From the NCBI RefSeq assembly GCF_006345805.1, contig NW_021825432.1, positions 1 through 15,405 of the forward strand: 15,405 nucleotides of DNA, in the 5' to 3' direction. The position numbers and the translations under genes are program-made. The notes under the pieces were generated by a model. That model saw nothing but the letters and a program-made list of their open reading frames with translations. It did not search any database and was not told the origin of the DNA. Shown here in pieces: positions 8,862 to 15,405 of the stretch (positions are counted from its first letter, which is position 1; each line of letters begins with the position of its first letter). This DNA comes from Octopus sinensis (taxonomy: Eukaryota).

Positions 8862-10825
8862 CCTCCCTACAAGAAATCACCAACACAGGCAGAACAAATC
8901 CTTTCAGTTAGGGAAGTGAAGGAAATCAGTAACAAAATGAGTAACTAGAAGGCCCCAGGACCAAATGGAGCTCAATGCTACTGGATCAAAAGATTTGGTG
9001 AATGTCATGCACGAATTGCTGCGCGACTCAACATCTTGTTAAATGCCGACCAAGGAACACTAGAGTGTTTGACATTGGGTAGGACAGTGCTGTGCCTGAA
9101 AAACATCGAATAAGGCAATACGGTAGACAATTACAGGCCGATATCCTGTTTGAAAATTATAGACTGGAATAATCACAGAGTCAATGTACGAACATCTGGA
9201 ATAAAAATGGAGTCCCACCACATGAGTAGAAGGGTTGCAAGCGTAAGTGCAGAGGTAGCAAGGATCAACTCCTGATAGACAAAACTGTACTTAGAGACTG
9301 CAAGCGGAGGAAAAGTAACTTAGCCATGTCATGGATCGATTATCGTAAGGCGTACGATATGATCCCACATTCTTGGATTATGGAGTGTATGAACCTATTT
9401 GGCATTGCATCGTATGTTGAGCGATTGCTAGGAAAAAGTATGAGGACGGACCTGACGGACTTGACGGAAGAGGTTTAAGGACTGTAGAAATCAGGAGGGG
9501 CATCTTCCAAGGGGACTGCCTGTCCTCACTCATTTTTGTGCTATGCTTGATGCCACTAACACTGATTCTGAGGAAAGCAAAGGCTGGGTATGTATTCAAA
9601 AGCCGCCAACAAAAAGTCAACCACTTGTTATTCATGGATGACTTCAAATTTTATGGTAAAGATTAATCCCAAATCAGTTCCCTCGTTGATACAGTGTATA
9701 CTTTCAGTGCTGATATCAGAATGGAGTTCGGACTGAGAAAGTGTGGTGTGCTAGTCTTGAAGAGAGGCAAAATCAAATGTATGGACGGGCTCAGGATACT
9801 GTCGGAGTAGGTTATGAAGCAGATAGAAGAGAGGGCTATATGTACTTGGAGATTTTGGAAATGGATAAATTGATGGAGAAAGAAATGACAGAAAAATTTA
9901 AGGTGGAGTACTTGCGCAGACTGAGACCGATCCTAAAGTCGAAATTAAATGGATGGAATAATATCAAAGCTATCAACACCTAGGCGGTCTCACTCCTTAG
10001 ATAGGGAGCTGGGGTAATCACATGGACAGTAAACGAACTAAAACATCTTACACAGAAAGACAAAGAAGTTGCTAACTAGATATGGGTCACTTCACCCAAA
10101 AAGTAACACAGACAGAGTGTATGTACCAAGAAAAAGAGGGGAAGAGGACCTGTTGGATGCGAACACAGTATTAGAGCAGAAGAAAACAACATAGCATGGT
10201 ATGTAAAAATGCCACAAAACCGCTATTATTAGACGTAGGAAGGTCAGGCTTGTGTAGGATGAAAGATTGCAAAAATAAAGCTCTATACTAGAAATTGAAA
10301 ACTGCCATAACAATACAGCCAGCCGTCTCCATTGGACACTCTGCAACAGGTATGGACTTGGCAGAGCAAAAATTTGGTACGGCCACAATCCTGAAGGCAT
10401 CGTTGAAAATAGAAATGCAAAGATCCTATGGGATTTTATGATTCAGTGCGATCATGAGATAAAGAATAGGAGGAAAACAAACTATACTGGATCATAGATA
10501 TAGCATGCCCAGCTGACAACATTATATACGATAAGGAAGAAAGAAAAGTCGAGATATATGACAGGTTAGCTTGGGAAGTTAAGCAGTTGTGGTCGATGAA
10601 AAAGATAGCAGTAGTACCAATAGGTGTCGGAGCCCTTGGAACAGTGGGCAAACATCTCGAGAAACGTGGAACAATAAGGGTGGAGTACTTGCAGCGAACA
10701 GCACTGCTTGGAACCTTTCGAGTACTCCGGAAGGTGCTCGAAAAATAAGAAGTGTTACCTTAGTTCACTGGTAGTGAACAGCTGACAGTGTAATACATCT
10801 CCAGCTTTAGAAGCTTTGCAAAGGC
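8862..10825 (+). mobile_element. 5'-truncated, decayed R4/Dong-like non-LTR retrotransposon (RT + restriction-like endonuclease)
   Basis: Translated fragments: [50 protein letters not shown] (QGD 9508-9516), HLLFMDDFKFY (FMDD 9631-9642), MEFGLRKC, RVYVPRKRG, KILWDFMIQCD, IIDIACPAD, VVPIGVGALG, ending RKVLEK* (stop 10746-10748). A short 3' UTR is followed by (AAT)n; Dong-type elements are known to be associated with TAA repeats. Confidence 0.92.
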
Positions 10826-10880
<55 letters not shown>

Positions 10881-10900
10881 TAATAATAATAATAATGATG

Positions 10901-10960
<60 letters not shown>

Positions 10961-11033
10961 TAATAATTATAATGATAATGATAATGATAATAATGATAAT
11001 AATAATGATAATGATGATGATGATGATGATGAT
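10826..11033. repeat. (AAT)n grading into (GAT)n; LINE tail or target microsatellite
   Basis: Directly visible, abutting the LINE 3' UTR. Confidence 0.95.
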
Positions 11034-12141
11034 ATACTAATGATCAACGAATTACTTTGCAGTAGAATCTGTGATGGGAAGAAAGTTGAGTAATTGAAAT
11101 AACTAAGAGCATACGTAAGTCATTCGCTGCTATAGAAAACGTCCCTGACGCAATTCTTTTTAGTGAAATACGATTTATATCATAATCGTCATAATTATAT
11201 TATAAGCGATCATTGTCACTTGTCCAAGAAAGCAAATTCATATTTGCTGACCAAACAACTTCACAGACATTTATTCCCAAACTTTATACTTTTGTCAGAC
11301 ATCAACCAATCTCTCTCTCTCTACCTCCCTTTCTCACTCCATCTTTTTCTTTCTTTCTTTCACTCTCTCTCTCTCTCTACTTTCTCTCTTTCACCTCTCT
11401 CTCGATCTACTTCTACGATAGCACCTTTACATTCCCCTGTCTGAAGTAAATGCAGACATGTAATTTTATATTTTGGACGAAACTTACCCAGTAGATACTT
11501 CGAAGTCTCAGACAATAAAAGTATTATAACTGTGTGTGCGTGTATAAATGCACATAGATGTATACATGTGTGCGCTGTGTAATAATACATTCCTGTATGT
11601 GTGTGTGTATGCGTCTTCATGTGTGTATGTGTGTTATATTTTTATGTATATGTGTATGTCCATATGCTCAGACGAATGCAGAACTATATTAGAATTCGAT
11701 TGTAAATGTACATCAATAATAGTTGAAAAATTTTTCCAACATATTGTTACAGTGAAGAAAAATCAACACGAAATTATCAACATCTGTGTTAATATTCTTC
11801 GCCGTTCTTTCGACCGCTTCCTCTCCCCCAAGTTCCATACCATTATCATTGCGAAAAAGAAAAAAATAAATCAACTACCAAAACATTTCTGCAGCCATTT
11901 TGGATACGTCTTTCTTGTAGATCAGTGTCTAATAGAATATGCTGACAGTTTCTTCATTTAAAACGAAATCACTCGCTTTAGTTTTTTTTTTTTGTTTTTT
12001 TTTTTGTTTTTTTTTTGTTATTGTCGTTGGTTTTTGTTTTTGCTTTTAAACTTCAATGCTTTTAATTAATTTTCTTCCACGCATGCATGTGTCCTTATTG
12101 TTTCTCGTCGCTGATGACTCTATCTTTGTTTTATTGTACTG

Positions 12142-12156
12142 CCGCTGCTACTGCTG

Positions 12157-12207
<51 letters not shown>

Positions 12208-12208
12208 T

Positions 12209-12243
<35 letters not shown>

Positions 12244-12261
12244 ATGCTGCTGCTGCTGCTG

Positions 12262-12300
<39 letters not shown>

Positions 12301-12504
12301 ACTAATAATAATAATAATAAGAAGAAGAAGAAGAAGAAGAAGAAGTAGAAGTAGAAGAAAAATGATAATAGTGATAAATATAATTTTGAACATGATCGTT
12401 ATTATCATTATTATTATTATTATTATTATTATTGTTGTTGTTGTTGTTGTTGTTGTTATTATTATTATCATTATCATCATCATCATTATTATTATTATTA
12501 TTAA

Positions 12505-12555
<51 letters not shown>

Positions 12556-12582
12556 CATTATTATTATCATTATTATTATTAT
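12142..12582. repeat. Compound trinucleotide microsatellite (CTA/GCT/TAA/AGA/TTA/TTG)
   Basis: Directly visible; explains the poly-Y/T/I ORFs. Confidence 0.95.
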
Positions 12583-13193
12583 CGAATAACTTTTATATTT
12601 TGATTCTGTAAACTTGTTCTTCCTCTGGATATTGATGCTGTTAGTGATTATGGTGGCAGAGTCAATGATGATGGTGATGATGATGATAATGATGATGATT
12701 TTGCTGTATGTTTTCAGTTTTCTGTATATTTTTTTTGTTGTCATTCTCTTTTTATCGAAATGTAATTAATTCGTCGCAAACGAGTTCTCTGTAAATTTAC
12801 GTTGATATGTTTTAGAGCTATGAATATATGTTATTGTTATTATTGCAGTTACTGCAGCAAAATATACGGCTGTTGTTGTTGTTGTTGTTATTCCTGTTGT
12901 AGCATATATGGTTCTGGTTTTTATTTTTGGTTTCGTTTTTTTTTTATATAATTTAACATTCCTAAAGACATTTAATTCTCTTAGTTTTGATATAAATTTA
13001 TTCTTACTTTCTTACATCTCACGCAATATTGATTCTTCGTGAGACGATAGTTGATCATGTTACAAGAAATGAAATATATGTACAACTAGCCAGGACAATT
13101 TCAAGCATACTCAGACACTCACATACTTATACATCTGCGCGTCTAAGTACATGACTATTCGTAATTAAACGTATAAGTATAAACATATATATA

Positions 13194-13605
13194 GGTGTAG
13201 GAGTGGCTGTGTGGTAAGTAGCTTGCTTAGCAAACACATGGTTCTGGGTTCAGTCACACTGAGAGGCACCTTGGACAAGTGTCTTCTACTATAGCCTCGG
13301 GCCGACCAAAACCTTCTGAGTGGATTTGGTAGACGGAAACTGAAAGAAGCCCGTCGTATATATGTATATATATATATGTGTGTATGTGTGTGTATATGTG
13401 GTGTGTCTGTGTTTTTCCAACCAACAGCGCTTGACAACCGATACTGGTGTGTTTACGTCCCCGTAACCTAGCTGTTCGGCAATAGAGCCCGATAGAATAA
13501 GTACTAGGCTTACAAAGAATATGTCCTGGGGTCGATTTGCTCGACTAGAGGCGGTGCTCCAGCATGGCCGCAGTCAAATGACTGAAACAAGTAAAGAGTA
13601 AAAGA
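13194..13605 (+). mobile_element. SINE family B, tRNA-derived CORE-type (octopus OR2-like by recall)
   Basis: A box TGGCTGTGTGG, B box GGTTCAGTC, CORE-like ACCTTGGACAAGTGTCTT, internal TA/TG microsatellite, short-repeat tail AAGTAAAGAGTAAAAGA. Possible 8-bp TSD ATATATAT at 13185-13192 and 13606-13613 (low complexity). Confidence 0.88.
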
Positions 13606-13782
13606 ATATATATTTAGTGTATATTCATATGTTTATATATATAAATGTACGTGTATACTACACACTCCTCTATATAACACCAAACTCTCTTCTATATGAA
13701 AAACACACATGAACATACATGCATATATACAAACAGACATGCACATACATACACCCGCACGGGCACCCACAAGCGTATACAT

Positions 13783-14225
13783 AACCTGGCAAAAGTACCA
13801 GATGCCTTAGTCGCTGGAATGAAGGGACTCACAAAGACCAGGACCTCCAGTCTTATCAATATTTCAAAGGAACTGTTCGATGGAAATATTCTCTTTGTGA
13901 TTCTTTATCCTTTATCATTTCAGCTACAAAAATCCATGTTAGGTTCTGGAACGACTAGAAATATCAATATAACCCATCCTTTCTATGTGTATGCCGCGAT
14001 GGTTTACATGAAAATGATTACAATACCGAAAAGGAAATATAGAAAAGAAAATAGCATTTGTATAAGAATGGAATGTCTCTAAAAGCTGTTCGTATTTGAT
14101 TGTTAAATGTGGAAAATCAGTCCTCCATTTTCAGAACCTATGCATCAACAGTCTTTCTATCTCACCTGTTCCACACAAGGAAAGCTTCAAATATCTAGAT
14201 ATTGATGAAAATATATCATACGTTA
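13783..14225 (+). pseudogene. Old RT fragment of a second RLE-type (R4-like) LINE
   Basis: LAKVPDALV...ISKELFDG..LFVILYPLSFQL...RNINITHPFYVYAAMVY (decayed RGIFQGD / PLS / HLFFVDDLKLY), then CSYLIVKCGK...SFKYLDIDENISY (KC...RGK...YKYLG). Same motif order as the LINE at ~9490-9860. Confidence 0.75.
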
Positions 14226-14385
14226 AAAATATATCTGTGAACCGAAAAATTAACTCAAGACTTACACCCGACTTAATAATAGATAGCAGACGATACTCTC
14301 CCCTTAAATGACAATATCACACAATACATTAGTAATAGCAATGCTGATACTAACATTTCGAATATTTGAATGTGCTGTAGAGTAC

Positions 14386-15405
14386 ATTTGTCATGTACTC
14401 TATTTTTTCGTTGTTTAAGAAAAATGTCCAGTTCCTTGGTTTTGTGTTTGTGTTTTCGTTTCTCATTGTGTTCGACGTTTTTTGGTGTCCTGTAGCCATA
14501 TATGCATGTATATATACATATAGATGTAGGTACGTACATATATGTATGTATATATGCATATGTTTTATTTATCAATTTATTATATGACGGAACGCACGCA
14601 TCCATTTCTAAGTAAGATTGTTCTTGATATTAATAATGATGCGCATTCTTGACCTTTCTGTCCCCTCCCTTTCTCAGCCTTCATTCATTCTGGTTTCCTT
14701 TTCTTTTACCTTACTGTCTCTCCTTCTCTCTCTCTCATTCTTTCTGGTTTCCTCACAACCATTCCCTTTTTTCTCTCCCTTTCTCTTGCTCTTCCTCCTC
14801 CCTCCCGTCGTTGACCCGCGACGAGAGCTCTGTTACTGCCTTTCTGGCCTGGCGTCCTTGAAGTGTAGACTGCATTTTCTGTTGCTCCTTCGCTCTTCTC
14901 AAAAATAGCGTTCGGAACACTTTATCTCATTCGGCTTAACAGCCCTTCTTGTCTTGTTATTCTCCTTGTCCTGTTTTTTACTGTGTATATTTTGTACTGT
15001 CGTTACTGTCCTGTTTTTGTTACCATTTTTACCCCTCCGCAAAAAGATCTCAAATTTTATTTAATTTGCTTTTCGCGGGAAGGAAAGTTTCTATCGAAGA
15101 TGCGTATAGCCTTCACCTTCGAACGCAGACTAGATGAAACCATGGCGACTGAAGAAGGGGAATTTTCCTTGTGTTATTTGTCCTGTACTCTATTTTTTCG
15201 TTAAGAAAAATGTCCAGTTCCTTGGTTTTGTGTTTATGTTTTCGTTTCTCATTGTGTTCGACGTTTTTTTGGTGTCCTGTACCCATATATGCATGTATAT
15301 ATACATGTAGAGTAGGTAAGTACATATATGTTATGTATATATGCATGTTTTATTTATTAATTTATTATATGACGGAACACACGGATCCATTTCTAAGTAA
15401 GATTT
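14386..15405 (+). mobile_element. Probable Penelope-like terminal structure: ~230-bp direct repeats (14386-14619, 15176-15404) around a decayed ORF end
   Basis: The direct repeat is visible with a 790-bp period. 14915-14941 reads GTLYLIRLN, or GTLYPFGLN with compensating indels, resembling the GIY-YIG C-terminal TLxPxGLN. A hammerhead remnant lies at 15087-15140. The element runs off the window end. Confidence 0.6.

Noticed and set aside
11548-11961. 137-aa ORF
   Set aside because: It starts in TG/TA low-complexity sequence and has no recognisable domain; an exon cannot be excluded without RNA data.
12056-12744. Poly-Y/T/I ORFs
   Set aside because: Trinucleotide microsatellite artefacts.
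14386-15404. LTR retrotransposon/TRIM or CRISPR interpretation of the direct repeats
   Set aside because: I see no TG...CA termini, PBS or PPT, and no repeat-spacer array; the internal traces fit a PLE better.

Overview
AT-rich, microsatellite-saturated eukaryotic non-coding DNA with no credible host protein-coding gene. The repeat families look like those of an octopus/coleoid cephalopod (from my recall of them, not a database search). Contents: a decayed Tc1/mariner transposon (595-1417); three minus-strand insertions of one tRNA-derived SINE with 13-17 bp target-site duplications (TSDs), one of them a dimer; two copies of a second, CORE-type SINE; a 5'-truncated R4/Dong-like restriction-like-endonuclease (RLE) LINE with a (TAA)n tail, plus an older RT fragment of similar type; a decayed Penelope-like element (PLE) ORF; and several probable PLE terminal-repeat remnants. 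The most interesting signals are at the RNA level. There are up to four type-I hammerhead-ribozyme-like motifs (151-212, 5489-5524, 7743-7824, 15087-15140), the two best sharing an extra purine after A9. The SINE dimer junction falls exactly at the loop of the tRNA-derived hairpin. A two-hairpin module is shared by both SINE families. All alignments and folds were done by eye.
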